The translations under genes and the position numbers were made by a program. Of a stretch of DNA of 64,000 nucleotides, positions 45,389-58,620 are shown in pieces. The stretch lies in contig CAWJMT010000027.1 of the NCBI GenBank assembly GCA_963844035.1, positions 1 through 64,000 on the forward strand, written 5' to 3'. The notes under the pieces are model-generated. The model was given only the letters and a program-made list of their open reading frames with translations, made no database searches and was not told the DNA's origin. The stretch comes from an uncultured Gemmatimonadales bacterium (GTDB taxonomy: Bacteria > Gemmatimonadota > Gemmatimonadetes > Gemmatimonadales > GWC2-71-9). Within the stretch, counting starts at the first letter, position 1, and the number at the start of each line of letters is the position of its first letter.

Positions 45389-46327
45389 ATGGGCAAACGC
45401 GCGGAACGACGCTGGACTGTCATGTTGGTGCCACACGGCTCGGGAGCCTCTCGAGCGGTGGAGGTGTCGCACACGGTCGTGAAAGTGCTGCTGGGGCTGG
45501 CCAGCGTTGTCACGCTCGTCGTCTCGGTGCTGGGCGTCGCGGCGATCGCGCGCGGCGTGAACATCACGCGCAACCGCACACTCGAGCGGGAGAACCGCGT
45601 GCTCGCGGGTGAGATCGCGCGCATGCAGGACCGGCTCGTCGGCCTGCGCGACACCATCAACTCGATCGGCGTGCGCGAGCAGGAGCTGCGGCTCCTCGCC
45701 GGCCTCAACGCGACCGACGCCGGCGTCCGCCAGGGCGGTATCGGCGGACCCACGGGCAGCTGGTCGGAGCGCGATTCACTGGCGGCGCTCGGACCCAACG
45801 GTCAGAAGGCGCTCGCCGCGCGCATGGACGTCGACGGTCTCATCCGCCGCGCGAATATTCTGGTGCGCTCCGTGAGCGAAGCACGCGACTCGCTCTCGAG
45901 CCATCAGGCGCGCTTCGCGGCGACGCCGTCCATCATGCCGACCAAGGGATGGCTCTCGAGCGCGTTTGCCTCGGAGCGCTCGCACCCGATCCTCCACCTG
46001 ACCCGCCCGCATGAAGGCATCGACGTCAGCGCACCCATGGGCGCCGAAATCGAAGCGCCGGCGTCGGGCGTCGTGGCCGACATCAAGTGGCAGGAGGGCT
46101 ACGGCAACCTGCTCACGATCGACCACGGGTACGGCCTCGTGACGCGCTACGCCCACTGCTCCAAGATTCTCGTCGTCCGCGGCCAGCGCGTGAAGCGCGG
46201 CCAGAAAATCGCCCTCGTCGGCTCGACCGGGTTGTCCACCGGCCCGCACGTGCACTACGAAGTGTGGGTGAACGGCAAGGCGGTCGATCCGAAAAAGTTC
46301 GTGCTGCCGGATGCGATCGTAGACTGA
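45389..46327 (+). CDS. M23 family metallopeptidase (TM + coiled coil)
   Basis: TPSIMPTKG, HEGID, YGNLLTIDHG, TRYAH, STGPHVHYEV. Confidence 0.93.
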   Translation: MGKRAERRWTVMLVPHGSGASRAVEVSHTVVKVLLGLASVVTLVVSVLGVAAIARGVNITRNRTLERENRVLAGEIARMQDRLVGLRDTINSIGVREQELRLLAGLNATDAGVRQGGIGGPTGSWSERDSLAALGPNGQKALAARMDVDGLIRRANILVRSVSEARDSLSSHQARFAATPSIMPTKGWLSSAFASERSHPILHLTRPHEGIDVSAPMGAEIEAPASGVVADIKWQEGYGNLLTIDHGYGLVTRYAHCSKILVVRGQRVKRGQKIALVGSTGLSTGPHVHYEVWVNGKAVDPKKFVLPDAIVD

Positions 46328-46428
46328 CGGGAGGGCGGGAAGGCGGGAGGGCGGGAAAAAAGAAATGGGGGCCCCGGATCACCGGAGCCCCCATTTCATT
46401 TCTAACCGTCTAACCGCCTAACCGTCTA
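46326..46428. repeat. Two different octamer arrays flanking a hairpin terminator between convergent genes
   Basis: (GGCGGGAR)x4 at 46326-46357; hairpin GAAATGGGGG..CCCCCATTTC at 46362-46397; (CTAACCGY)x3 at 46402-46428. Confidence 0.9.
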
Positions 46429-46980
46429 GAAACTGACCTTCGGTGCCTTCTCCGCTCCGGCTTCTGCCTCGAAGTACGGTCGCGGCCCTTTCCCGATCAC
46501 CTTCGCCGTCAGCACCGCGGGGAACCGGCGGATGTAGGCGTTGTAGCGATTCACCGCCTCGTTGTAGTCCTGCCGCGCCACCGCCACCCGGTTCTCGGTC
46601 CCTTCGAGCTGATCCTGCAGGGCACGAAAATTCTCGTTCGACTTGAGCTGCGGATAGTTCTCGGCGATCGCGAGCAGTCGGCCGAGCGGCGCCGTCAATG
46701 CAGCGTTCGCCGCGGCCATCTGTTCCACGTTGTTGGACTGCACGGCACCGGACAGCTTGGCCCGCGCTTCCGCGACCTCCGTGAAGATCGTCATTTCCTG
46801 CTTCGCGAATGCCTTGACCGTCTCCACGAGATTGGGGATCAAGTCCGCCCGGCGCTGCAGCTGGACCTTGATCTGTCCCTCGGCCGCGTTGACCTGCTCG
46901 TCGTACGTCTGAATCGTGTTGTACCCGCACCCCGTCGTCAGGGCGAGCGCTACCAGCAACCACCGCATCCGTAGGTTCAC
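46426..46980 (-). CDS. lemA: LemA family protein
   Basis: GCGYNTIQ, QLQRRADLIPNLVETVK, ENYPQLKSNENF, LEGTENRVAVAR. Confidence 0.95.
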   Translation of the reverse strand: MNLRMRWLLVALALTTGCGYNTIQTYDEQVNAAEGQIKVQLQRRADLIPNLVETVKAFAKQEMTIFTEVAEARAKLSGAVQSNNVEQMAAANAALTAPLGRLLAIAENYPQLKSNENFRALQDQLEGTENRVAVARQDYNEAVNRYNAYIRRFPAVLTAKVIGKGPRPYFEAEAGAEKAPKVSF

Positions 46981-46995
46981 GAGTGCATCACTCCT

Positions 46996-47706
46996 CTAGG
47001 TGAGACCGTTGACAAACTCAGCCGTCCGTGCCACCGCGGCCAGGTACGCCCCCGCCCGGGGGTCGCGCGGCGCGAGCGCAAGCCGCGCCCGGCCCGCGGC
47101 GTGCGCCACCAGATCCTCGAGCGCGGCCGCGGAAAACCCCGCGACCGCTCCCGCCTCCCGCACGACGTCTTCGGATGCGGCGGGCACTGCGCGCCCGGTG
47201 AGGCGCAACAGGCTGCGCAGCATCGTGAAGAACCCCGCCCCGCTCCCGACGACCACCTCCGTCAACCGCTTCGAGTCGCTCCCCGCCGCGGCGTACGCCT
47301 GCCGCAGACGGATGAGCTTGCCGACCAGCTCGAACTCGAGCTGGCGCCGCAGATCCTCGCGCCGGACCGTGATCCCCTGCCACGGGTCCCGGCCGGCCAG
47401 CAGACGGTGCGCCTGGCGTATCTCCTCGTACTCGATCGCGAACGCGTCGCTCGAGGCCCGCCACTCGCGCTCGGTAAAGATCAATGGCGCCGGATTGCCG
47501 GCGCGGGTCCACGTGCGCACCGCCGGCTCGAGCGCCGCGAACAGGGCCTCGTCCACCGCGTCGCACACGAGCAATGTGTTCACGTCCGAACGTCCGGCCA
47601 CATGCGTCCCGCGCGCGGCCGATCCGTAGAGGAGCAGCGACCCGAGTCGGGCCCCGAGCGCCTTGGCAACGTCCTGCGCAAACGTTTCCGCCGTGACTGC
47701 CGCCAT
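46996..47706 (-). CDS. Nucleotidyltransferase-domain protein (LemA/TPM-associated)
   Basis: LLLYGSAARG...SDVNTLLV, DAFAIEY. Confidence 0.85.
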   Translation of the reverse strand: MAAVTAETFAQDVAKALGARLGSLLLYGSAARGTHVAGRSDVNTLLVCDAVDEALFAALEPAVRTWTRAGNPAPLIFTEREWRASSDAFAIEYEEIRQAHRLLAGRDPWQGITVRREDLRRQLEFELVGKLIRLRQAYAAAGSDSKRLTEVVVGSGAGFFTMLRSLLRLTGRAVPAASEDVVREAGAVAGFSAAALEDLVAHAAGRARLALAPRDPRAGAYLAAVARTAEFVNGLT

Positions 47707-47708
47707 CG

Positions 47709-48480
47709 TTAGAACTTGCCTCCCGCGCCGCCACCCGAGAATCCGCCGCCACCGCCAAATCCGCCAAACCCGCCGCCGAAACCGCCGCCCCCTCCCCCGC
47801 CCCAGCCACCCCTTCCGCCACCGCGACCACCCGAATCCACCAGCAGGAGCGGCAGGAACAGCCCGCGCCGGCGACTGAGGAAGAACAGCACGAGGAGAAA
47901 CAGCAGCAGCTTGACCACCGCTGGCATCCCGGGGGCGTGCTCGCCTTCCGCGGGAACGGGTACGCCGGTCAGCGTGACGCCGAACTCCGCCGCGAAGGCC
48001 TGGGCGATGAGATCCACGCCCGTGCTGAGACCCGCGCCATAGTCTTCGCGCGCCAGGAACGGCCCCATGGCGTCGCGGATCCGGCCCGACGCGCGCGTCG
48101 GGAAGAAACCCCTCAGCGCCCCGCCCGGTGGAGATGAACAGGTCCCCGGTGCCCGCCCGATGGTCGTGCCGTGGCACGAGCAGCATCACGATCCCGAGGT
48201 TCTTTCGCGGATCGCCCGCCTCCCCCTTGGCACCCACCCCCCAGTCGCGCCCGATCTTGAGGGCGACATCGCTCGCCTCCCGACCGCCGAGATCCGGCCA
48301 TGTCACGACCGCGATCTCGCCGCCCGTCTTCTGGCGCACCTCGGCGATCACGTCTTCCATGTGCGTCACGGATTCGGGGGCCAGCACGTGCGCGAAATCG
48401 TTGACGTAGCCCACGGGGGCGGGGACGGCGACCTGAACGAAGAGGACGAACGCGAGGGCGACCACGATGTGCGGAAACAT
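47709..48480 (-). CDS. TPM-domain protein with Gly-rich tail, frameshifted
   Basis: GYVNDFAHVL, EIAVVT, WGVG, TGRGAEGFLPD, GGFGGGGGFSGGGAGGKF. Confidence 0.9.
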
Positions 48481-48545
48481 AATGCCAGTAGCGCCATCAC
48501 CGGCCAGTCGCTATGGTAGTGCCGACCCGCAATCGTCGGCCTTCC

Positions 48546-49223
48546 ATGGATTTGCAAGGAGATCCAGTGCCCAGGATCTACGGTCCGCTGTCGCTCTCGC
48601 TCGGGCTCCGCGTCTGCGTCCTCGCCTGCGCACTGTCTGGTCTGGCGCGCGACGCATTCGCCCAGGCCGACCGCGCGACCGCCCGGTCCAAGGGCCGCCC
48701 GGACGCGCCCATCACGATCTACGTCATGTCGGACTTCCAGTGCCCGTTCTGCCGCGACTTCGCGCTCACGACGATGCCGACATTGGAGCGCGAATACATC
48801 AAGCCCGGCAAGGTCCGGTTCACATTCGTCAACTATCCCCTCACGAGCATTCACCAGCACGCCGTCGCCGCCGCCGAGGTAGCGATGTGCGCCGCGCTGC
48901 AGGGAAAGTTCTGGCCCGTGCACGACCGGCTGTTTCAGCGCCAGGAGCAGTGGGCCGAACAACAGGACGCCGGTCCCTATTTGCTCGCGCTGGCGGATTC
49001 GGCCGGTGTGAACCATGCCCAGCTTGCCGAGTGCGTGAGCACCCACGCGACGCGATCCGCCGTCGAGGCCGACGCCGCCGCCTCGGTCCGGGCGGGCGCC
49101 CGCAGCACCCCAACGTTCTACATCGAGGGAGGACTCATCGATGGCGCCGCCCCGATCGCGGCGTTCCGCGAGATCCTCGACTCGGTCTACCAGGTGAAGA
49201 CCGCCGCGCCAGCGCGTCACTGA
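48546..49223 (+). CDS. DsbA-like thioredoxin-fold protein
   Basis: KGRPDAPITIYVMSDFQCPFC, QGKFWPVHDRLF, STPTFYI. Confidence 0.9.
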   Translation: MDLQGDPVPRIYGPLSLSLGLRVCVLACALSGLARDAFAQADRATARSKGRPDAPITIYVMSDFQCPFCRDFALTTMPTLEREYIKPGKVRFTFVNYPLTSIHQHAVAAAEVAMCAALQGKFWPVHDRLFQRQEQWAEQQDAGPYLLALADSAGVNHAQLAECVSTHATRSAVEADAAASVRAGARSTPTFYIEGGLIDGAAPIAAFREILDSVYQVKTAAPARH

Positions 49224-50540
49224 TGGCCCGCCCTTCCATCTTGTACCGCCTCAGCGTCCGGCTGGCCGGCAAGGCAGCCCCGTTCGCGGCGCGCTTCGAC
49301 AAGAAGCTCGCCCGCGGTCTGGACGCGCGGCGTGGTCTGGTGGACCGCTTCGAGGCCTGGGCGAAGGACCATCGCGATCACAAACGGCCGCTCGTGTGGG
49401 TCCACGCGCCATCAGTCGGGGAAGGCCTGCAGGCGAAGCCCGTGCTCGAAGCGTTGCGGGTGGCGCAGCCCCACTGGCAGCTCGCCTACACGTTTTTCTC
49501 GCCGTCCGCGGAACGGCTGGCCCGGACGCTCCCCGCCGACGTCACCGACTATCTGCCCATCGACCGCCCGCACGACGTGAAAGCCGTGCTCGCGGCGTTG
49601 CAGCCGACCGCGCTCGTGTTCTCGAAGCTCGACGTGTGGCCGGAGTTGACGCTCGCCGCGGCGCGCCGCGGGGCAAAGCTGGGACTCATCTCCGCCACCG
49701 TCGCACCCGCAAGCTCACGGCTGCGCTGGCCCGCCCGCGGATGGGGACTCCCCGCCTATCGCGCCATCGACCGGATCGGAGCGATCAGCGAGGAGGATGC
49801 GCGGCGGTTGGAGCAGCTCGGGGCCAGGCGCGAGGTCATCGTGGTGACGGGCGACACGCGCTACGACAGCGTCGCGGAGCGGGCCGAGCGGTTCGACCGC
49901 ACGCGGGAGCCGTTTCTTCGCCTCAGCACGGTGGGCGACAAAGTGTTCACGATCGTGGCCGGGTCCACCTGGCCGGGCGATGAAGAGGTGGTGCTGGCCG
50001 CGTTCGCCGATCTGCGCGCGCAAGTGCCCGCGGCCCGGCTGATCCTCGCGCCGCACGAGCCAAACCCCGATCACCTGGCCGGCATAACGCTCCGCACCCA
50101 GGCGCTCGGGCTCCCGCGGCCCGTGCGTCTCTCGCAACTGGAGCACGCGCGGCCCTCCCCGGTCATCGTGGTGGACCGCGTCGGCACGCTGGCGGACCTC
50201 TACGCGCTCGCGGACGTCGCGTTCGTCGGGGGAGGGTTCCACCGGGCGGGGTTGCACTCGGTGCTCGAGCCCGCGGTGTTCGGAGTTCCGGTCGTGGTGG
50301 GGCCGCATTGGCAGATGAGCCGGGACGCCCACCTCTTGATCGAGCGCGGCGGCGCGGTGGCGCTCCCGGCGGATGGACGCCAGCCCCTGCACTCGCAATC
50401 GCTCGTCTGGTTTCACGATCCGGCGGCACGCCGCAAAGCGGGCGCGGTGGGACAGCAGGTGGTGCGGGAGGGGCGCGGCGCGGCGGAGCGAACCACCGCG
50501 CTGGTACTCGCGATGGTGCGGGACGCGGTGCGAGCGCTAA
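49223..50540 (+). CDS. waaA: 3-deoxy-D-manno-octulosonic acid (Kdo) transferase (3' end approximate)
   Basis: WVHAPSVGEGLQ, TFFSPS, YLPID, VTGDTRYD, AGSTWPGDE, LILAPHEP, AFVGGG, HSVLEPA. Confidence 0.9.
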
Positions 50541-50938
50541 GGCGTTTCGGGCGGCGCGACTGGCGCCGGCGCTTCCTTTCCGACCACCACACCCTCGTAG
50601 GTCACCGAGCGGGGCGCGACGAGTCCCGCGGTAATCACGGTGAAAAACACGTCGCTGAAGCGACTGCGGACGTGGATCTTCAGGCTCGCGATGGACGCGT
50701 TCTTGCCGAGCTGGCCCGCCAGCAGATCTTCTATGTTGGCACCGCCCATGGAGAACATGCCCCAGATCAGATACACCGGATGTCGGGTGATCTTGAACTG
50801 GTTCCCGGCCGGCTGGGGTAAGATGGGCTCCGCCATGGTGGCGGTGACGCCGAGGTGCGACGCATCAAATTTGGAAGCGCAGCCGCTCGGCGACAGCGCC
50901 AGCGCGACGAGGGTCGCGCCTGCAAGAATGCGTTTCAC
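50537..50938 (-). CDS. Bor/Iss-like small lipoprotein
   Basis: Lipobox PSGC; YLIWG...FSDVFFTVITAGLVAPRSVTYEG. Confidence 0.6.
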   Translation of the reverse strand: MKRILAGATLVALALSPSGCASKFDASHLGVTATMAEPILPQPAGNQFKITRHPVYLIWGMFSMGGANIEDLLAGQLGKNASIASLKIHVRSRFSDVFFTVITAGLVAPRSVTYEGVVVGKEAPAPVAPPETP

Positions 50939-51018
50939 ACGGCTCCTGGGGAGACGAATGGGCGCGCTGGGAGCAGCGCGCACCAAAGGTAGTCGCTGAA
51001 TATGCCCTTGTGAACCCG

Positions 51019-51657
51019 TCAGAGACCGAACGCCGGCCGGAACGAGAGGTGTGCGCCGATGCCGAACGTAGTGGTATGTCCCCCGCCCTCCAGGTTCTCA
51101 TAGTCCATCGCCGCGTGGATCCCCAGCATGCCGAACCCGACGGTCAGACCGCCGGCCACGCCGAACTGCGTGCTCGTTGAGGCAGCGTTCGTCACGCGGA
51201 CGCCGGGGGCGATCCACGGCTCGAGGCTCACGCCGGGTGCCGGAAGGTCGACCGCGAACCCCACTGCGCCGGTCCAGCGCGTCGTCGTGACGCTCGCCAC
51301 ACTGTAGGACGCGAACCCGCCCTGCAGGTTCATGGACACGGGCATCAACGACCCGCCGATCAGCCGCAGGGCCCCGGTGCCGCCCCACTCAGTGACGCTG
51401 CCCGAGGCTCCGTCCGCGTCCCGCGTGCCTACCGTCGCACTGACCGTCAGCACGCTCATCCCGAACACCACGCGCCCCGCGTACGTGGAGCCACCCCCGC
51501 CGCTCGAATCGGGCGAGCCGTAGTCCGCGGCGAATGTGAGTCCAGTTCCGCTGCGCGGACTATTCCACACGGGCATGCCGGCGAGCTGGGCGGCCGCACG
51601 CCCCGGTGCGGCGAGTGCGGCCCCAGCAACGCAGACCAACAGAAGAGCGCGCTTCAT
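51019..51657 (-). CDS. Outer-membrane beta-barrel protein
   Basis: Signal MKRALLLV..AAA; amphipathic strands; EPWIAPG. Confidence 0.7.
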   Translation of the reverse strand: MKRALLLVCVAGAALAAPGRAAAQLAGMPVWNSPRSGTGLTFAADYGSPDSSGGGGSTYAGRVVFGMSVLTVSATVGTRDADGASGSVTEWGGTGALRLIGGSLMPVSMNLQGGFASYSVASVTTTRWTGAVGFAVDLPAPGVSLEPWIAPGVRVTNAASTSTQFGVAGGLTVGFGMLGIHAAMDYENLEGGGHTTTFGIGAHLSFRPAFGL

Positions 51658-51694
51658 GAATCGTCCTCCACCTGCGAGAAGGTATCCAGCGTGC

Positions 51695-52300
51695 CTAGCG
51701 CAGCCAGACGGCGCCGAGCGACACGCCGTCGAAATCACCGATGCCGGCGCTGATCCGTAGGTCGAACCTGCGACTCAACCTCAAGTCAACGCCGAGCCCC
51801 AAGGTAAACTGGACGTCCGTACCAGCGTCGTTAAAGACGAGCCAGGTGGTCGGCTGCACGTACGGTACGATAACCATTGAGGAGTCCTTCGGCTGCACCC
51901 GGCGGCCGAGGGACAGGCCCAACGGAACAGTTACCACCCAAGTGTCACCGAAGTTGGTACCGACGCCGACCGTGATCGCCCCGTCCAACGGAAAGTCCTC
52001 CGTCTGCTTGATCACGCGCTGGCGCGCTTCGACACCCAGGAGTCCGATCGCGTCGGCGCTGTCTCCCGGCGAATACATGCCCCCGCGCAGGCCCAGGTCG
52101 AAGTTACCGCGCGCGCGGCGGTACACGCCTTCGAACGCGACGCCGTTGCCGTTCGGAAAGCTCACGACGGCGCCGATCTCCGATTTCGTGAACGCCCGGT
52201 ACGGCGCGCTGAACGACGGCGTGCTCGTCGACTGTGCGCTCAGCGGGGCGATGAGACCAAGAGCGAGCCCGGCGATCAGCAACGTCTTCTGGTGCCGCAT
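51695..52300 (-). CDS. Outer-membrane beta-barrel protein
   Basis: Signal peptide; VPYVQP, LGLGVDLRL, GVSLGAVWLR. Confidence 0.7.
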   Translation of the reverse strand: MRHQKTLLIAGLALGLIAPLSAQSTSTPSFSAPYRAFTKSEIGAVVSFPNGNGVAFEGVYRRARGNFDLGLRGGMYSPGDSADAIGLLGVEARQRVIKQTEDFPLDGAITVGVGTNFGDTWVVTVPLGLSLGRRVQPKDSSMVIVPYVQPTTWLVFNDAGTDVQFTLGLGVDLRLSRRFDLRISAGIGDFDGVSLGAVWLR

Positions 52301-52401
52301 GGTACCGTCCTCAGTTGGTTATGGGGAAGATGCTGAGACAAGTACCCGAGGGTCGCGGTGGCGTTCCCTCACAGGGTCGGACGCAACGCTTGGATTCGAC
52401 A

Positions 52402-52525
52402 TCAGTGCCAGAACGACAAACCGATCCTCGTGCCGAGGGTCACGTTGCTTGGGTGGCCGCCCCCCCCGAACATGTAGCCGAGGAAGCCCTCGAACCGCGC
52501 CGCCGAGGAGCCGAACTCGTCCTCC
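52402..52525 (-). pseudogene. Internally deleted paralog of the OMP at 52667-53248
   Basis: FGSSAARFEGFLGYMF...LGTRIGLSFWH* versus FGSAATRIEAFLGYAF...LGTRIGLSFWR*; GGAGG RBS directly precedes it. Confidence 0.7.
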
Positions 52526-52595
52526 TGGTGTGTGCGAGCTGACCCAACTACCCGAATGGTCAGCGACGCGTTCCCAGTGAGGACCGGACGCAACA

Positions 52596-52622
52596 CGGCC
52601 CGCCCACAGAGTGGACGGGCCG
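52596..52622 (-). terminator. Hairpin downstream of OMP gene
   Basis: CGGCCCGCCCAC-AGA-GTGGACGGGCCG (G:U pair on the minus strand). Confidence 0.6.
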
Positions 52623-52666
52623 CGTGATGAGGTGTGACATCGCTCACGCCGTATTGGCCCAAACGA

Positions 52667-53248
52667 TCAACGCCAGAATGACAAGCCGATGCGAGTCCCG
52701 AGAGAGAAACTGCTCGGCAAAGCGTCGCTCTCGAACGCATAGCCAAGGAAGGCCTCGATACGTGTGGCCGCACTGCCGAACGGTATGCGCTTCCCCACGC
52801 CGGCACCGAGCGAGAATTGCGACCCGCTCCCGCCGCCGAGATCATAGAACGACATGCCCACGCCGCCCGTGATGTACGGCGCGCGCACCAGCTTGTACGG
52901 CCCGCTGCCGGCCTTCAGGCGATACAGCACATTGAGGCCGGGCGTGACCGTGTAGGTGGTGGCGCCGATCGTGGTGAGCAAGAAGCTGAGACGTGGCTCC
53001 CACATCAGCTTCTTGTGGGTGAGGAAGCCCATGCGAACGTCCACGGGCAGGCCCATGTTGATGCCGCCATCCACGTCCGACGGCTTGGTGTATGAGGCCG
53101 CAAAATCGCCCCCCAACTCGTAGCGGGGACTGGATGTCGTGCTGGCCGTGGTCTTCGTGTTGGCTGGGGTCTTCTTCTGCGCCGACGCGGGCGCGGACGA
53201 CATGGCGAGACACCCAACCAACAACGCACAGCCGAGGAGCTTGACCAT
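52667..53248 (-). CDS. Outer-membrane beta-barrel protein
   Basis: Signal peptide; YELGGDF, VRMGF, PYITGGVG, C-terminal IGLSFWR; preceded by AAGGAGG RBS and TTGACA at 53336-53341. Confidence 0.75.
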   Translation of the reverse strand: MVKLLGCALLVGCLAMSSAPASAQKKTPANTKTTASTTSSPRYELGGDFAASYTKPSDVDGGINMGLPVDVRMGFLTHKKLMWEPRLSFLLTTIGATTYTVTPGLNVLYRLKAGSGPYKLVRAPYITGGVGMSFYDLGGGSGSQFSLGAGVGKRIPFGSAATRIEAFLGYAFESDALPSSFSLGTRIGLSFWR

Positions 53249-53408
53249 AACGGTTCCTCCTTGGATGAGTACGTGTGCTGGTGATCCCTAGGGCGCCTCA
53301 ATAAGCGCCCTACCTCTAAGACACGGCCTTCGTTCTGTCAAGTGTTTTCCACACACACGACCACACCACGCACGGTTACACCGTGCCCCGAAAGAGGCCG
53401 GACGCAAG

Positions 53409-53437
53409 ACGGCCCGTCCATAGTGTGGACGGGCCGT
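53409..53437 (-). terminator. Hairpin downstream of atpC
   Basis: 12-bp stem ACGGCCCGTCCA/TGGACGGGCCGT. Confidence 0.65.
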
Positions 53438-53495
53438 ATCAGGCCGATGTGATCCTTCTCACGATGACGTGGGCCGCGGGTCTCGTTCCGACCGG

Positions 53496-53744
53496 TCAGG
53501 TGGTTTCGGCGTGATCGGCCACTACACGCACGGTGTTGTCCGCCACCTGCAGGAATCCACCTGCAATCTTGAACGCGCTGGTGGCGCCGGCGTGACGCAC
53601 CCGCAGCACGCCCTCGCCGAGCAGCGTCAGGAACGGCGCGTGGCGGTTCAGGATACCGACCAGTCCGTCGTACGCGGGCGCGACCACGGATTCGGCCTCG
53701 CCGTCGAAGACGGCCCGCTCGGGAGAGATCACTTTGACGTGCAC
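53496..53744 (-). CDS. atpC: ATP synthase F1 epsilon subunit (N-domain only)
   Basis: VKVISPER, GILNRHAPFL, GGFLQVADN. Confidence 0.93.
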   Translation of the reverse strand: MHVKVISPERAVFDGEAESVVAPAYDGLVGILNRHAPFLTLLGEGVLRVRHAGATSAFKIAGGFLQVADNTVRVVADHAETT

Positions 53745-53749
53745 GCGGA

Positions 53750-55219
<1,470 letters not shown>

Positions 55220-55307
55220 TCAGGTATCAGGTATCAGGTGTCAGGTGTCAGAGCCGGTGTCTGCGTCAGGGAGACCCTGACACCTGACACCTGGCACCCG
55301 ACACCTA
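55220..55307. repeat. Inverted heptamer tandem repeat between atpG and atpD
   Basis: (TCAGGTR)x4 at 55220-55251 and (CTGACAC)-like x4 at 55277-55304, abutting the atpG stop. Confidence 0.92.
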
Positions 55308-56193
55308 TCCGTTCTGTGCTTCCGCGCCGCCGACGATCTCGGCGATCTCCTGCGTGATCTGCGCCTGACGGGCCCGGTTGTAGGTCCGCTTCAGAGATGT
55401 CGAGAATGTCGCCCGCATTGTCGGTCGCATTCTTCATCGCCGTGCGGCGCGCGCCGTGCTCGGCCGCCGCCGTTTCCACCAGCGCGCGGAAGATCTGGTT
55501 CCGCACGTACAGCGGCAGCAGGCGCTCGAGAATCGCCTCAGCCGACGGCTTGAGGATGTAGAACGGCATTTTCTGCGCGCCCTTCCGCGCTCCCGCCTTC
55601 GGCGGGGCGTCACCGGCAGGATCCGCACCACCGTCGCCGGCGTGGACATCGCGCTGTTGAATTTCGCGAACACCACGTCGACCGCGTCCAGCTTCCCTTT
55701 CTCAAACTGCTCGCATCAGCGGGCCGACCAGCTCCACCGCATGCTCGGCCGTCGGCCGGTCCCCGATGTCGGTGCGCTGCACCGCCGCCGTCCGCCCCGC
55801 GAACCGGAAATAGGCGATCCCCTTCTTCCCCACGAGGTGCAACTCGACGGTCGCGCCGTCAGCCTCGAGCTGCTCCACGCCGCTGGCGCCCCTCGCGAAT
55901 CAGGTTCGCGTTGAACGCACCCGCCAGGCCGCGGTTCGACGTGATGACCACGAGCGCCACCCGCTTCACGCCGCCCGGGCCGGGCTGCCGCAGCAGCGGG
56001 AACCGCTCCGCGAGCTCCGGCGAATAGAGATCGGCGATCACGTCGGCCAGCGCCGCCGCGTACGGCCGCGCGCCCACCACCCGCTCCTGCGCGCGCTTCA
56101 GCCGCGACGTGGCGACCATCTCCATCGTCTTGGTGATCTGGCGGATGCTGCGAACCGACTTGATCCGCTGGCGCAGGCCGCGCGTCTCCGCCA

Positions 56194-56194
<1 letters not shown>
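55305..56194 (-). CDS. atpG: ATP synthase F1 gamma subunit, frameshifted
   Basis: IKSVRSIRQITKTMEMVATSRL, TSNRGLAGAFN, EHGARRTAMKNATDNA, RQAQITQEIAEIVGG. Confidence 0.95.
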
Positions 56195-57734
<1,540 letters not shown>

Positions 57735-57797
57735 GGATTTGGGGTTCGAGAGATTGTGAAAAATATCACATGCCCGGCATACCGCAACTACGAACGG

Positions 57798-57860
57798 CTA
57801 GACGGTTAGGCGGTTAGCCGGTTAGGGGGCTCGACGGCATCTAACCGCCTAACCGCCTAG
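57798..57860. repeat. Inverted octamer tandem repeat (GCGGTTAG)
   Basis: CTAGACGGTTAGGCGGTTAGCCGGTTAG ... CTAACCGCCTAACCGCCTAG. Confidence 0.92.
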
Positions 57861-58609
57861 CTCCTAGAACGCGTCTTTCCTCTTATGAACCGCTGCAACA
57901 CGCCCCGGGGCCCCAGCTCGCGCAACTCCTGCGGGCTCACCCCGGCCACCCGGCGGGCCGTCCCGGCCAGGTGGCTGGGGGACGCATACCCAGAATGCGG
58001 GACACCGTCGCGACGTTGTAGCCTGGTTGCCGAGCAGGTCGGCCGCGCAGGCGGAGCGCGCCAGGTCGATCACGCGCTTCAGGTTGGGCGCGCCCCCCGA
58101 CCGCGAATTCCCGCGACAGATGCTCACGCGTAACGCGTAACGCCTGCGCGATGTGGGCCGTCGTGATCGGCGCGCGTCACGCGACGCTGGACCTCGTCCC
58201 ACGCGCCGAGCTGCAGCGGGTCGGTCAGGCGCAGCAGCTTGGGGGCGTCGGCGAGCGCCTGGCGCCGCGCCACCTGCGCCGTCCGCGCCGCGACCCACTC
58301 GCCCGACGAGGGCGTGTCCACCCCCTCGACCAGGATGCCGGCGAACCCCGCCCGATGGCACCGGGCGATGAGCGCTCCGTCGTCCGGCCGGAACGCCGAC
58401 AGGGCGTACATGGGGATGCGCGGGAACCGGGCGGGCAGGCTCAGCCCCGCGTCCGGCACCGCCTTCACGTCGAGCACGACCGCATCCACCACGCGATGGG
58501 CCAGCAGGCGCTCCACGGCGGCGAGGGTGCGGCACAGGCGGACGCTCCCGGCGCCGCGCGGGTAGCCCCGCTGCACTGCCCGCCGCGTCTCGCGGCGCGG
58601 ATGAAACAC
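57857..58609 (-). CDS. AraC-like HTH regulator with receiver-like N-terminus, frameshifted
   Basis: VDAVVLDV..IPMYALS; REHLSREF..PNLKRVIDLAR..ILGYASPSHL. Confidence 0.7.
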
Positions 58610-58620
58610 CGGAATGACGG

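Noticed and set aside
47709..47830. Low-complexity CCGCC repeats as a DNA element
   Set aside because: They encode the usual Gly-rich tail of TPM-domain proteins
48467..50821. 784-aa extended Kdo transferase
   Set aside because: The N-terminal part is an alternative frame of the DsbA-like gene and the C-terminal part overlaps an opposite-strand lipoprotein; the real gene is ~49223-50540
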